The notes under the pieces are model-generated. The model was not told the origin of the DNA and made no database searches. It saw only the letters and a program-made list of their open reading frames with translations. A stretch of DNA of 64,000 nucleotides from Candidatus Cloacimonadales bacterium (GTDB lineage Bacteria > Cloacimonadota > Cloacimonadia > Cloacimonadales > JAIOQZ01). How positions within the stretch are numbered: position 1 is the first letter of the stretch; every line of letters starts with the position of its first letter. The position numbers and the translations under genes were made by a program. The stretch covers positions 672,001-736,000 of the forward strand of contig OY771587.1 of NCBI GenBank assembly GCA_963674825.1. Reading direction: 5' to 3'. Below, piece after piece: positions 39,028 through 49,589 of this stretch.

Positions 39028-41991
39028 ATGTTTCATATCCCAAAAGGCTTTGTTTTTATACTGTTATCCATCGCGTTTCTGACAGCTTTACCCCTTTCGG
39101 CCCAAAACACCACATTGGGTTTTGATGGCTCAAACGACTACGCTTCTGTCACTGGGCTTTCGGCTTCGAGCACGTCAATACTCACAGCCGAATGCTGGTT
39201 TATGTTCGAAAGCTATCCTTCTGAATATCGTTGGGTCTATCACCTCTATTCGGGTGACAGACGCAGGGTACTTCTCGGTGTTAATGAAAGCGGATATATC
39301 GCAGTATATATGGCTCCGCAGTTGAGCGACGACACCGGCGGCAATGTCTTGACATCCACAGTTCTTGCCGAGACAGGAAAATGGTATCACGCAGCCGTGG
39401 TCGTCAATGGGTCAAACCTGAAGTTCTATATCAATGGCATTTCATTGTTCGAGCAGAATTTCAGTTATTCATGGCAATTCAACGATAATCACACCCTCTA
39501 CCTCGCTACCGACTATTGGGCTGGAAGCACGGCTTATTCGGACATCCGTATAGATGAAATGCGCCTTTGGAGCAGCGTGCGTTCACAAAGCGACATACAA
39601 TCAACCATGCATACGCAGCTTAGCGGATCAGAATCCGGCTTGTTCGCATATTACAAGATGAGTGACGGAAGCGGAACCTCGCTGACCGATAACTCCAGTC
39701 ATGGCAATACCGGTACACTCCATAACGAGACGTACTGGGTATCGAACGACACCACACCGATCGCTGTTGCGCCTTCTGCCGGTGACGGTTCTGCCGGTAC
39801 ACCCTATCAGATCGCCAATCTGAATAATCTCTGGTGGATCTCGCAAAACTCGTCCGTTTTGGGGCAACATTTCACTCAGACAGCCGATATAAACCTGATT
39901 GACTACCAGGGCGGCGCTGGCTGGAAACCAATCGGCAACGCGACAACACAATTCACGGGCACATACGATGGCGATGGTCACAAGATCATGAACCTTTTCC
40001 TCTATTATCCTGGTGCCGGCACACCAACCACCGTTACCGAAGCGCAAGCATTACCCGGCAACATAGGCCTTTTCGGTTACATGACTTGTACCTCTTCATC
40101 GGACGCGATTATCCGTGACCTCGGCATCCTGAACGCTGATGTGACCGGTGGCAGGGCTACCGGTTCGTTAGTCGGTAAAATCTTGCTTCCCAGTAATGCA
40201 GCATATGTTACCTACGTAGAGAACTGCTACGTAGCCGGAACGGCAACGGTGCGTGGGTTTGGAGCAACAGGCGGCCTTGTGGGGGCTAACAACTCACAGA
40301 AAAAGAACATCGTACCCGTTATCCATTACTGTTATTCGGAAGCTGACGTCGAGAGCAGGTTCCCGACCAACACGTTACTGAATCCGGATGATAACGACGA
40401 GCTTTTCAACATCAAGTATGGATCCGTGGTTGGCTGCAACGAAAACGGCCTGACCATGGACAGTTATGGTAGAGGCGACGTATATGGTGGAAAGCGCGTT
40501 GGGGGTATATCAGGATGCTCCATTCGCGGTGCGGTGATTCGTTGCTACGCAACCGGGCAGATCAGAACAGCTTTCCAGAGTCCGCCATATAGTGGTGATG
40601 AAGATCCATATGTTGGCGGTATAGTAGGACGCGTAGTTGGTCAACTTCCTCCCGGACTGGGAGGATTCTCCGGAAGCGGCTCGATCCAGATGTGCTACTG
40701 GGATACAAGTACGTCCGGTAATACAACCTCCGGTGGCAGCCCGGGAGCCCTGGGAAGGACAACCTCCGAGATGCAGACGCAGGCCAACTACACCGATTGG
40801 AATTTCGACGGTGTCTGGCTCATCTCCGCAAGCCAGTATCCGAGACTCGGCTGGCAGGATGGCGTCAATATCAATCCGCAGGAAAACACCTACGAAGGGA
40901 TGCTGGCTCCGACTGTCGATGGCGGAACTGCACAGCCTAACCAACTTTATTCGACAACCAGCGTTGGTGGAAGCTCCGTCTATACCGGGTTCATGCCGTC
41001 AGCGACCGAGACGGTTAATATTTCCATCTACTCCATTTACTCGGAGAATCCGCAGTCTGTGGAAGGTGATTTCCCGAATCCGGAAAACCTTGGAGCCTAT
41101 TGGAAATTCTATTGCTCTGACGATGTCGTGCTGCGTAATGCGCAATACTTCGATATCCAGATGCCATTCGAATACACGCAGATTTGGTATCGCTATTCAC
41201 GTGACACTTCAGAGCTACTCTCATGGCGTCTAATTCCATCGGGAAGCATCGCCTATCAATCTGGCTCGTATATTTATCGAATCACGATAAGCGGCTTGAG
41301 CCTTCCTGCACCACTCAGGGTGGGAGAACTGGGTGAAATCGAATTCGCAGGTGATATCGGTAACGACAACACGCTCCCCGTTGTACTGTCTTCTTTCACC
41401 GCAGAAGTGACGTCTGAAAACTTTGCCAGAGTATCCTGGGAAACGCAATCTGAGACGGACATGAGCGGGTATTATCTTCATCGCTCCGAAACTGCCTCGC
41501 TTGAAGATGCCGTTCGCGTATCAACCATGATCTCCGCTGAAAACAGCTCCAACGGGGCATCTTATAGCTTCACGGATATCGAAGTAACCCGTGATGAGAC
41601 CTATCGTTACTGGCTTGAGAGCATCGGACTTGACGGAAGCTCGATTTTCTTCGGTCCTGTAACGATCACCATCGTACCGGATGGCGGACAGGGACAGGAA
41701 ACACCTGAGGCGATCGTCACGGAGCTTGTTGGGTGCTATCCTAATCCATTCAACCCCAATACGGTCGTGCAATTCTCGGTTGATAGCGATCGAAATGTCC
41801 GGCTGGCAATCTATAACCTCAAAGGACAGCTTGTGCGTATCCTTGCAGACGAGTCATTCGCGAAAGGTAAACATTGCGTATCGTGGGATGGAAGAGATTT
41901 TAACGGTGGCTCTGCATCCAGCGGAGTCTATTTCATCCGCATGGATTCAGGCGCACAGCAATTCACTACGCGCGCACTGCTACTGAAGTAA
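39028..41991 (+). CDS. Secreted LamG-like + GLUG-repeat protein with FlgD-Ig/T9SS-like CTD
   Basis: FDGSNDY..WYHAAVV..IDEMRLW..R; GDGSAGTPYQI, FTGTYDG, GGLVG repeats; TLPVVLSSF; YPNPFNP. Confidence 0.85.
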   Translation: MFHIPKGFVFILLSIAFLTALPLSAQNTTLGFDGSNDYASVTGLSASSTSILTAECWFMFESYPSEYRWVYHLYSGDRRRVLLGVNESGYIAVYMAPQLSDDTGGNVLTSTVLAETGKWYHAAVVVNGSNLKFYINGISLFEQNFSYSWQFNDNHTLYLATDYWAGSTAYSDIRIDEMRLWSSVRSQSDIQSTMHTQLSGSESGLFAYYKMSDGSGTSLTDNSSHGNTGTLHNETYWVSNDTTPIAVAPSAGDGSAGTPYQIANLNNLWWISQNSSVLGQHFTQTADINLIDYQGGAGWKPIGNATTQFTGTYDGDGHKIMNLFLYYPGAGTPTTVTEAQALPGNIGLFGYMTCTSSSDAIIRDLGILNADVTGGRATGSLVGKILLPSNAAYVTYVENCYVAGTATVRGFGATGGLVGANNSQKKNIVPVIHYCYSEADVESRFPTNTLLNPDDNDELFNIKYGSVVGCNENGLTMDSYGRGDVYGGKRVGGISGCSIRGAVIRCYATGQIRTAFQSPPYSGDEDPYVGGIVGRVVGQLPPGLGGFSGSGSIQMCYWDTSTSGNTTSGGSPGALGRTTSEMQTQANYTDWNFDGVWLISASQYPRLGWQDGVNINPQENTYEGMLAPTVDGGTAQPNQLYSTTSVGGSSVYTGFMPSATETVNISIYSIYSENPQSVEGDFPNPENLGAYWKFYCSDDVVLRNAQYFDIQMPFEYTQIWYRYSRDTSELLSWRLIPSGSIAYQSGSYIYRITISGLSLPAPLRVGELGEIEFAGDIGNDNTLPVVLSSFTAEVTSENFARVSWETQSETDMSGYYLHRSETASLEDAVRVSTMISAENSSNGASYSFTDIEVTRDETYRYWLESIGLDGSSIFFGPVTITIVPDGGQGQETPEAIVTELVGCYPNPFNPNTVVQFSVDSDRNVRLAIYNLKGQLVRILADESFAKGKHCVSWDGRDFNGGSASSGVYFIRMDSGAQQFTTRALLLK

Positions 41992-42014
41992 TAACGACTA
42001 CGTTCTGATAAATG

Positions 42015-42047
42015 AAAAGAGGCAGATTTTTATCTGCCTCTTTTTTT
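42015..42047. terminator. Bidirectional intrinsic terminator
   Basis: aaaagaggcagat-tttt-atctgcctc-ttttttt between convergent genes. Confidence 0.85.
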
Positions 42048-42081
42048 ATGCCTTGTGTTCTCAGAACTTGTTCGTATGCTG

Positions 42082-43893
42082 TTATTTCAGCAGGATCATC
42101 TTTTTCACCGACGAGGTGCTGCCGGTCTCGAGTTTGTAGAAATAGACACCAGAGCTTACACGGTGACCGCTATTATCCTGTCCGTTCCAGTCAACTGAAT
42201 GCTCACCCTGCTGCATTTTCTCGGCAACCAGGGTCTTGATCTTCTGACCACGCAGGTTGTAGATATCGATGTTCACGAATGCGTCTTCCGCGAGGTCGTA
42301 CGAGATCGTGGTGGTCGGATTGAAGGGATTGGGGTAGTTCTGGTTCAGTGTGAACTTCACGGACTGAACTTCTTCTTCGTCGTTGCCCAACGTACCGCCA
42401 TCATAGTAGATATCGTCGATGCCAAACTCACACATCGCGCCCTGTTCTTCCAGGATCACAAATTCATATGAGAGCATACGCATATCGATGTACTGACCGC
42501 GAAGGTCTTCCACCGGAATGATCGCCTGACCCCATTCACCATCGCGAACAAGATTGTAGGCAGTTGTGTTAGCCGGGAAAGTTACGTAGTTCTGGTTGCC
42601 CCAGGAGTCGATGACACCGATCTTGAAAGTGACGCCAGCAGGCATCTTGATCATGAACTTGAGGTCGCCATCTCCGAAGTTGAAGAGGTTTACCGGTTGC
42701 GTTGACATGATGCCAGCGCCAAACCAGCCCACACCGGCAGACTGCCAGCTGATGCCGTATTCACCTTCGTACGGCGGGATATTGCCGTCAACCAGCGTGC
42801 CTTCCCATACATAGATGTAGGAATCAACGCCGATCTCGAGCTGATTGTATGTCTCGGTCTCTTCGGTAAAGAGCCCGAATGATTCGTATTGCGACTCAGG
42901 AGGTCCGAGGTGAACCGAGCCCTGTCCATTCCACTCCATCACCTTGATGTAATCAACGTACATCTCGGCAGGGAACGTCATCGAGACAGGAAGTCCACTA
43001 CCTGGATCACCGAGGTTATAAGCGTCGGTAAATGCTCCGCCAATCGCCAGATCGACGATCAGATAGAAGGGATCCCAGAATTCAGCAGAAGTGCTGTCGA
43101 TTGCAAAAGGTGCTTCATAGAGGTCGTATTCGATATCGTTATCGACAACAGTGAGACGAAGGCTGTCCGCGTCCCAGTAGGTGCGGTACGTGAGAAAACG
43201 ACCGGTGAGAGTCGGATCATAGCTGTAATAGGGGCGGCAAGATTCGTCTGTCGGATCCCACGAGATACTTGCTGCACCCGATGGATTTTCCGGCGTAACC
43301 GCAGCGTCGGAATAATAGATCGCGTTAGCGCCAACCATCTGATTTACGGTAGAGTTATCCTGTCCGTTACCGCCATTGTGTGTGTCGTGAAGATTACGGA
43401 AGGACTGCGTGAATCCCATTTCCATCATGTCAATCTCACCACAGCGAGGCCAGGAGTAATTGCTTGTTCCAAGCATCCACACTGCCGGCCAGCCTCCGAG
43501 GTCGATATTCGGAACCAAAACGCGTGTTTCGATCATACCATATTGAATGGACACGAACGATTTCGTATTCAAACGTCCCGATGTGTAATTGAGCGGGTTT
43601 CCCCACTGATCCACGATATTCGGGCCGGATTCGTTGCGAGCGGTGATTTTGAGGGCGTTGTTTCCCGGTTCATCAGGAATCTCAGTGATTTCGATATTGT
43701 CCGCCTGATAGTATTCCAGCTCACCGTTACCCCAGCCCCATGAGCCGTTGCCGTTTTCGATCAGCCAGTTATCCAGATTGTCAAAGTTCTCTTCCCAGAT
43801 CACTTCTCCGACCTGTGCATACACAAGGCTTGCAGTGAAGATCAGGAGAATCAGTGCCAGATGTTTCAAAAGCTTTTGTCCGTGTTCAATCAT
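42082..43893 (-). CDS. Secreted GH16 laminarinase-type glucanase + CBM-like domain + FlgD-Ig CTD
   Basis: WGNGELEYY, YTSGRL, WPAVWMLG, WPRCGEIDMME (EIDxxE), MYVDYIKV; QNYPNPFNP. Confidence 0.9.
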   Translation of the reverse strand: MIEHGQKLLKHLALILLIFTASLVYAQVGEVIWEENFDNLDNWLIENGNGSWGWGNGELEYYQADNIEITEIPDEPGNNALKITARNESGPNIVDQWGNPLNYTSGRLNTKSFVSIQYGMIETRVLVPNIDLGGWPAVWMLGTSNYSWPRCGEIDMMEMGFTQSFRNLHDTHNGGNGQDNSTVNQMVGANAIYYSDAAVTPENPSGAASISWDPTDESCRPYYSYDPTLTGRFLTYRTYWDADSLRLTVVDNDIEYDLYEAPFAIDSTSAEFWDPFYLIVDLAIGGAFTDAYNLGDPGSGLPVSMTFPAEMYVDYIKVMEWNGQGSVHLGPPESQYESFGLFTEETETYNQLEIGVDSYIYVWEGTLVDGNIPPYEGEYGISWQSAGVGWFGAGIMSTQPVNLFNFGDGDLKFMIKMPAGVTFKIGVIDSWGNQNYVTFPANTTAYNLVRDGEWGQAIIPVEDLRGQYIDMRMLSYEFVILEEQGAMCEFGIDDIYYDGGTLGNDEEEVQSVKFTLNQNYPNPFNPTTTISYDLAEDAFVNIDIYNLRGQKIKTLVAEKMQQGEHSVDWNGQDNSGHRVSSGVYFYKLETGSTSSVKKMILLK

Positions 43894-43926
43894 TTTATAC
43901 CTCGGTGTTATTGGTTCGTATTCGAT

Positions 43927-44547
43927 CTATTGTATCTTTGACATCGTACCCGATTCAAAATCGTACACATAGCCCCATTCGCTCATCTCGACGAGCGCTT
44001 CTGCAGGATCGCCATACAGCGACAGCAGGTTGAGGTCGGTCGGGTCGTACAGCGCTTCACCCACCATGTCACGCAGCGTTACCGCGTAATAAGCGTCTTC
44101 GCTGACCCACCATGCGTTCCACCAGGTAACGGAATCATAGAAATGATCCAGCACGGCGCGATAGGCCTTAATCGCCTGATCGTGTGCATTCGCGCTTCCG
44201 CCTTCGGTGTAAAGCTCATGCAAAGCCTGTGCGACGTAGTACTGATATTCACCCATGGGTTGGCGTGCAAGCATCGTCGCCCAGAGGTAGAACTTCGCTT
44301 TGGCCGACGGGCAATCGTTATACATATCCCACACATTCTCGCTGTTCAGGTTCGCGTTGGCATATGGGTTGTCGGGGTCGTCGAGGATATCGGTATTCGG
44401 GTAGAGTCCCTCGTCCGCCGAGTAGAGGTTCAGCACGACATCGGTGGGAAGGTCGATCATCGTCGATTCGGTTCCGTTCTTCACGTCGCAGCCTGCAATC
44501 AAGAGAATTGCTGCGGCAATGGCGATCCAGATAATGTTTTTCTTCAT
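43927..44547 (-). CDS. Uncharacterised helical, aromatic-rich lipoprotein
   Basis: Lipobox IAGC; AGGAGG SD; 12 bp downstream of the GH-barrel gene. Confidence 0.8.
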   Translation of the reverse strand: MKKNIIWIAIAAAILLIAGCDVKNGTESTMIDLPTDVVLNLYSADEGLYPNTDILDDPDNPYANANLNSENVWDMYNDCPSAKAKFYLWATMLARQPMGEYQYYVAQALHELYTEGGSANAHDQAIKAYRAVLDHFYDSVTWWNAWWVSEDAYYAVTLRDMVGEALYDPTDLNLLSLYGDPAEALVEMSEWGYVYDFESGTMSKIQ

Positions 44548-44559
44548 GATGTCCCCTCC

Positions 44560-47500
44560 TTAGAAATCGATCCGGTAATAAAGGCCGGTCTGGAATTCGT
44601 AGTCCTGGTTAAGGCCATCACCCTCGTTGGTGGGTGATGTATCATCCAGCGTCCTGAAGATTGTCTTGTATCCGATGCGGCTCGAGACCTGTTCATCGAG
44701 AAAATTGTCGATCAGCACTGAATAATCGAGCATATACTGATACGGGTAGGTGATATTGAACTGGCGATACCAGTCGTAAGGTCCCCAGGCATCCTTCTTC
44801 ACATAGCACTTTATAAGGTGCTTGTTGTTCACGATGAACTTGGCATCCAGCGTATAAAACTCGGCTGGATCACCTGCGGGGTTACCTGTGGATTGCTGCT
44901 TGCCAACTCCGAGATTGGTCACAATGCGAAGATTGGCTGTCGGATTCATGATGAAGTTGCCGCTGATCTCCCACACATCTTCCTTGGGAAGGCCCTTACC
45001 GAATGCGGCGTTCGTGTGCCCTTCCTGATAGAAGAAGAGATATGAATCGGTTTCAGACGTGTAGCTGGTGTAGTTACCGCCAAAGGTGAACGCGAACGGT
45101 GCGTCTTCCTTAAACTCACGATCCCAGTTGTAGAAATAGCTCGCGGGGGTCGGGTCCCAGGTGATGAAAAATTCGCCGGAAGTGGCTTCGCGGTTATCGA
45201 GTACGGCGAACGGATCGTCGTCACGGTTGCGCGGGGATGTTCCGGGATAGAATTCTGTGCCGTCCGTGTAAGGCTCGCTGGCCCCGACAGCATCCAGAAG
45301 GTTTTCGCGATGCATCGCACGCGGCAGCAACCAGAGGTTACCGATCGGAATCAGCATGCCGGCTTCGTAAACGATCTTGTTACCGAGTGAGGAATATGGC
45401 ATCGTCGAATTGCGTTCCACAAGCGTCTCACCGCCATCGGCGACAAGCCCGGCATAATGAACGGATGCGTCGATCAGAGTCGAGCCCAGTGTCAATGTCA
45501 GTTTCGCCTTGGCAGCCTGGGTGTCCTTGAATTCGATCTCATCGGTGTATATCTGACCGTCTTCGATATATTCGTAGTCTTCGTCGATCTTTTCGGTTCC
45601 AGAAACCAGATAACCGATCTGTATTGTCGTACCGGGGATGAAATCCGTTTCCAGCGAGAGCGCTGTCTGACGAGTCGCGCGTTCAGTCGCTTCGGTTGCC
45701 GTTGCAGAAGCATCCGCTTCGGAGAAATCCTCCGAGTGAACAAACGTGTACTGGAATTTATCGCTGCCGAACTGGTATTTGACAATCGCCTTTGGGTTAG
45801 CACCCCAGTAGATTTCGGGACCGGCCACAACTTTCAGACCTTCAAAAGTCTTCTTGCCTTCGAATTCCACGCCATATGGAGCTTTGGCGTTCCAGATGTC
45901 CATTCCTTCCATGTCTGTCGCTTCGTGCATCAGCCCAAAGAAGTCGCCTTGGTAGCCCCAATGGTAACGCGGGACGTGATAGAATGCGGTGAAATCGAAC
46001 GCATCACCTTCGTATTTCGCTTCAAAATCGTAGATCTCGATCCGCTCGTTGTCGGTGATCTCTTTGGTTGTATTGACGGTCACGCCATTGTCATTTTCTT
46101 CCGAGGTGACGGTTATATATTTCTCGCCACGCTTTCCATAATATTGTTCGAGCTGCTTGTCTGCGACATTGCCCAGAAGGTTGAGGGTAAATTGACCGCC
46201 AATCTTGCTCGTGGGCTGGAATTCGAAGTCGAGGAACAGCATTTCGCCGTTGGTGAACTCAAGTCCGTCCTTGCCGTCATCCTCTACATCCTGGCTCTTG
46301 CCGTTAAACGCGATATCGCCTTCGATTCTTCCGCCGGCGAGCTTGAACTTATCGTTGCCCACGCCGTCATTGGTAATCGAGCGAAGCGTGCTCTTCATGC
46401 TGAGGAAATCCATATCTATGCCGTCGATGCGGCTATTCATGTCGTTCTTGTCGGTTGTATAAGGGTCAATGTGCCAGATTTTGGTGAGGACATCGTACGC
46501 CATACGCGGTGTTGCCGTTGAGACCCCGTCTTCGTTGGGCTCGCCCAGGCGGCAGATTCCGAACCATTCTTCGTTCATGTTGTTCTTGCCATGCACGAAG
46601 TCGAAGGAGTAGCCACCGTTACTCCAGGATGCGTGTTTGTCGTGAATGTCCAGGTTTTCGGTCTGGAGATATTTCCACCATTCGTCGCGCCATTCGAAGA
46701 TGCATCCGCCAATCGCGTTGCCTTCTTCTCCCTTGTTGTAGCTTTTATTGTAAATCTCGCGCCAGTTGCCTCTGACCAGTGCGGCCTGACCTTCTTGCTC
46801 TTCTTTATAGGTAAGCGCATTGAAAGCGTCGCTGCCAAACTCGGTAAGCATGACCGGTAGTCCCAGCTCGTCGTGAACACGTTCCCACATGTCGGTAAAG
46901 CTGATACCGCGGTAGGCATTCACGCCCAGAATGTCCATGTCAGTACAGTATTGCTTGATCAGGTCGATGTATTGGATATCGCCGTTGACAATCAGGTATG
47001 GGTGGTTCGAATCGACCTTCTTGGCTTCCTGCATCACCTCGTTGTAGAGGCTGTAAAGGTATTTGGCCTTCTCTTTGTGGCGCTCGCCTTCGGGAATATT
47101 TTCGATCTCGTAGCTGGCCCACTCAAGGCCATAGTTGTTTTCATTACCCAGCGCAAACATCAGTACGCCGGGGGTGTCTTTATATTTCTTCACCATCTCA
47201 ACGAAATCATTCTTCAGGACTTCGCGCGTTCGGTCGTCGGCGTAGTTGGTCCATACGTACCAGACGCCATCGACGTTGTAGCCGTAACGGCCCATGAGGT
47301 GGTTGACCACGGTACGAATACCGTGCTGCTCATAGATGTACTGGATCCAGCGCGGCGGGATATTGCCGAACTGGCGGATCGTATTAACGCCAGCCTTTTT
47401 CATGAGGTCGCAATCGTAATCCAGCACCTTCTGGATCTGTTCGTCCGAGTCCGCCCACAGATTATAGGAGTAGGTTTCCCCAATCGGTGTATAGCCCCAA

Positions 47501-47673
47501 ACAACACCTTTCACAAAGTAGTCAGCGTCATTGACTTTCAGCTTCCAGCCATTCTGGTCGTTGTAAGTCGTAACGTAATCTGGTGTTGCAGCCATCGCCA
47601 CGGCGGCAAACAAAAATAGTGGTAACATAATGCAAAATCGTCTGATAGCTGTCGAGCAATCGTTTCTGAACAT
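44560..47673 (-). CDS. Clan GH-A (GH2-TIM-like) glycoside hydrolase fused to a putative outer-membrane beta-barrel
   Basis: VKGV.W, GVNTIR, ALGNE (acid/base), LTEFG (nucleophile), FEWRDEWWK, EEWFGI; C-half of amphipathic beta strands ending YYRIDF. Confidence 0.75.
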   Translation of the reverse strand: MFRNDCSTAIRRFCIMLPLFLFAAVAMAATPDYVTTYNDQNGWKLKVNDADYFVKGVVWGYTPIGETYSYNLWADSDEQIQKVLDYDCDLMKKAGVNTIRQFGNIPPRWIQYIYEQHGIRTVVNHLMGRYGYNVDGVWYVWTNYADDRTREVLKNDFVEMVKKYKDTPGVLMFALGNENNYGLEWASYEIENIPEGERHKEKAKYLYSLYNEVMQEAKKVDSNHPYLIVNGDIQYIDLIKQYCTDMDILGVNAYRGISFTDMWERVHDELGLPVMLTEFGSDAFNALTYKEEQEGQAALVRGNWREIYNKSYNKGEEGNAIGGCIFEWRDEWWKYLQTENLDIHDKHASWSNGGYSFDFVHGKNNMNEEWFGICRLGEPNEDGVSTATPRMAYDVLTKIWHIDPYTTDKNDMNSRIDGIDMDFLSMKSTLRSITNDGVGNDKFKLAGGRIEGDIAFNGKSQDVEDDGKDGLEFTNGEMLFLDFEFQPTSKIGGQFTLNLLGNVADKQLEQYYGKRGEKYITVTSEENDNGVTVNTTKEITDNERIEIYDFEAKYEGDAFDFTAFYHVPRYHWGYQGDFFGLMHEATDMEGMDIWNAKAPYGVEFEGKKTFEGLKVVAGPEIYWGANPKAIVKYQFGSDKFQYTFVHSEDFSEADASATATEATERATRQTALSLETDFIPGTTIQIGYLVSGTEKIDEDYEYIEDGQIYTDEIEFKDTQAAKAKLTLTLGSTLIDASVHYAGLVADGGETLVERNSTMPYSSLGNKIVYEAGMLIPIGNLWLLPRAMHRENLLDAVGASEPYTDGTEFYPGTSPRNRDDDPFAVLDNREATSGEFFITWDPTPASYFYNWDREFKEDAPFAFTFGGNYTSYTSETDSYLFFYQEGHTNAAFGKGLPKEDVWEISGNFIMNPTANLRIVTNLGVGKQQSTGNPAGDPAEFYTLDAKFIVNNKHLIKCYVKKDAWGPYDWYRQFNITYPYQYMLDYSVLIDNFLDEQVSSRIGYKTIFRTLDDTSPTNEGDGLNQDYEFQTGLYYRIDF

Positions 47674-47723
47674 AGTCTCGCTCCCTTTTGGAATCAGTGA
47701 AGTGATAATGGGGAAACCCACAC

Positions 47724-47735
47724 TTCTATATAGCA
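47724..47735. promoter_or_regulatory. Candidate operator (TTCTATATAGCA)
   Basis: 11/12 match to TGCTATATAGCA; 21 nt downstream of a minus-strand TTGACA at 47762-47757. Confidence 0.55.
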
Positions 47736-48025
47736 ATCAATATTCACGATATTTACTGTCAAGGTTATTTTAACACTTTCCATTGATTTCTACTTGGCCG
47801 ATCTTCACAATTCCCCTCAGAATGCAGAATCTGGCGTGGTTATTATTTTCAATTAAATTGGATTTCCGGCCCGGAATCGGCATCCGGTACAGCCTGACAA
47901 TGTTTTCCGTTCATTGGTATTAAGCTGTTTTCGGACGCCCGTTATTTCAAAATGGAATTGCTCTCACAATGCTATATTTTTGAGATGACCGCAAGGAAAT
48001 GATCGCCGTACCGAGTGAAATCTAT

Positions 48026-48037
48026 TCCTATATAGCA
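48026..48037. promoter_or_regulatory. Candidate operator (TCCTATATAGCA)
   Basis: 11/12 match to the palindrome. Confidence 0.5.
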
Positions 48038-48042
48038 GTACA

Positions 48043-49107
48043 TTAACCTTTGGTTTTCGCGCAAGAATTACGCACTACCAGCGGTACCGGAAGAATCGCG
48101 TGCTGGTAGTCAAGATCCGCGCCCCCAATCATATCCAGAAGCATGTTAACAGACTTCTGTGCAATACGATCCACCGGTGCCGCGATGGTCGTCAGCGCCG
48201 GGAAGACCTTGGATGCCACGATGATATCGTCGAAGCCGACAACGCTCATCTCTTCCGGGATCTGAATACCTTTCTCACGGATTGCCTTCATCGCGCCGAT
48301 CGCCATGGAGTCGTTCGCGCACATAATCGCGGTTGGAGGTTTCTTCAGCGATAGCAGGTATTTTGCGCCACGCTCTCCCGATTCATATGAGAAATCGCCT
48401 TGGTAGATCAATTCGTCATCCTTCTCCGCACCAAAATGCGCCATGGAACTCGTGTAGCCCGCAAGGCGCTCACTACATATATCCGAATCCATCAGACCCG
48501 TTATATAGCCAATACGACGATGTCCGAGCGACCACAGGTAATCAACTGCCTCGCTGCTGCCGTTGAAATTATCGAGCGTGACGGACGGAATCGATTTATC
48601 ATTCGAGAGGTTGTCCAGCAGCACGATAGGCAGCATCTTCTTGAGCTCCTGGATCTTGTTTTCGATGCGCGGGAAACAACAGATTATCACACCGTCGATC
48701 TTCTTGTGGTTATTCAGCGGATTGAGGTTATCGAGCTCGGAAAACAGCACCAGATTATAGCCCTTCTGCTTGACTTCCTTCTCCAACGCGTTGAAGATCA
48801 GTGAATAATAAGGACTGGAGATGCCTTCTTTAATACCGACATCCAGAAAGAAGCCAATGTTTTGCGTCATCTTCGGCGTCATCTTGCTATGACTGACAAA
48901 GGTTCCCTTGGTAGTGAATTTATGAAGAATCCCCTCTTCAACAAGTTCCGTAATGGCCCTGCGAATCGTCATATAAGAAACATCGTGCATTTTGGCCAAG
49001 GCACGCTCGCCAGGCAACTTCCCTGCTATCTCACCACTCCTGATCCCTTCTTTGATCTTCTCTTTTACAACAAGATATTTCAACGTTTTACCACTCATCT
49101 GTTCCAT
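48043..49107 (-). CDS. GntR wHTH + LacI-type sugar-binding regulator (AraR-like)
   Basis: KLPGERALA..VSYMTIRRAITELVEEG; GHRRIG, PTAIMCANDSMAIG, SVVGFDD, LTTI. Confidence 0.93.
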   Translation of the reverse strand: MEQMSGKTLKYLVVKEKIKEGIRSGEIAGKLPGERALAKMHDVSYMTIRRAITELVEEGILHKFTTKGTFVSHSKMTPKMTQNIGFFLDVGIKEGISSPYYSLIFNALEKEVKQKGYNLVLFSELDNLNPLNNHKKIDGVIICCFPRIENKIQELKKMLPIVLLDNLSNDKSIPSVTLDNFNGSSEAVDYLWSLGHRRIGYITGLMDSDICSERLAGYTSSMAHFGAEKDDELIYQGDFSYESGERGAKYLLSLKKPPTAIMCANDSMAIGAMKAIREKGIQIPEEMSVVGFDDIIVASKVFPALTTIAAPVDRIAQKSVNMLLDMIGGADLDYQHAILPVPLVVRNSCAKTKG

Positions 49108-49589
49108 CCATTAACACTGCCGTTAGCCTGCGAAATAGCAATAGCGATAGCAGCACTATAGCAGTGCTGCCTAAACTGCTATATTTGGTCAAGTATTTTA
49201 TTCGTAATCTTTGCGTTCGCAAACCTAAATTCCATCAGAACATCCCGATTTCATCAACATTTACGAAGCATTGAAAGCAGCTCAATTTTTTTCGAATGCA
49301 CAGCACTCTAAAACTTGCACACCCGCCTATGTTGACACATATCTTGTTTTTGTACAGCACGATACAATAACATACGAATCAGGCTAACCATTCAGAGGAT
49401 ACTGCTGGAATGGAATATAATACTTGCTGCAGCGTCCCAAAGAAGACAGCATGAACTCCAAAACCATAGCAGTTGATTTTTTTTCGCAATCCAATCATAG
49501 CAGTACAAGCGGAACATCGGTAAATGTTTATGGAAAACACACACATTTCAGAAAAAAAGCTTGACGCATCAGAAAATGAAAATGTTATT

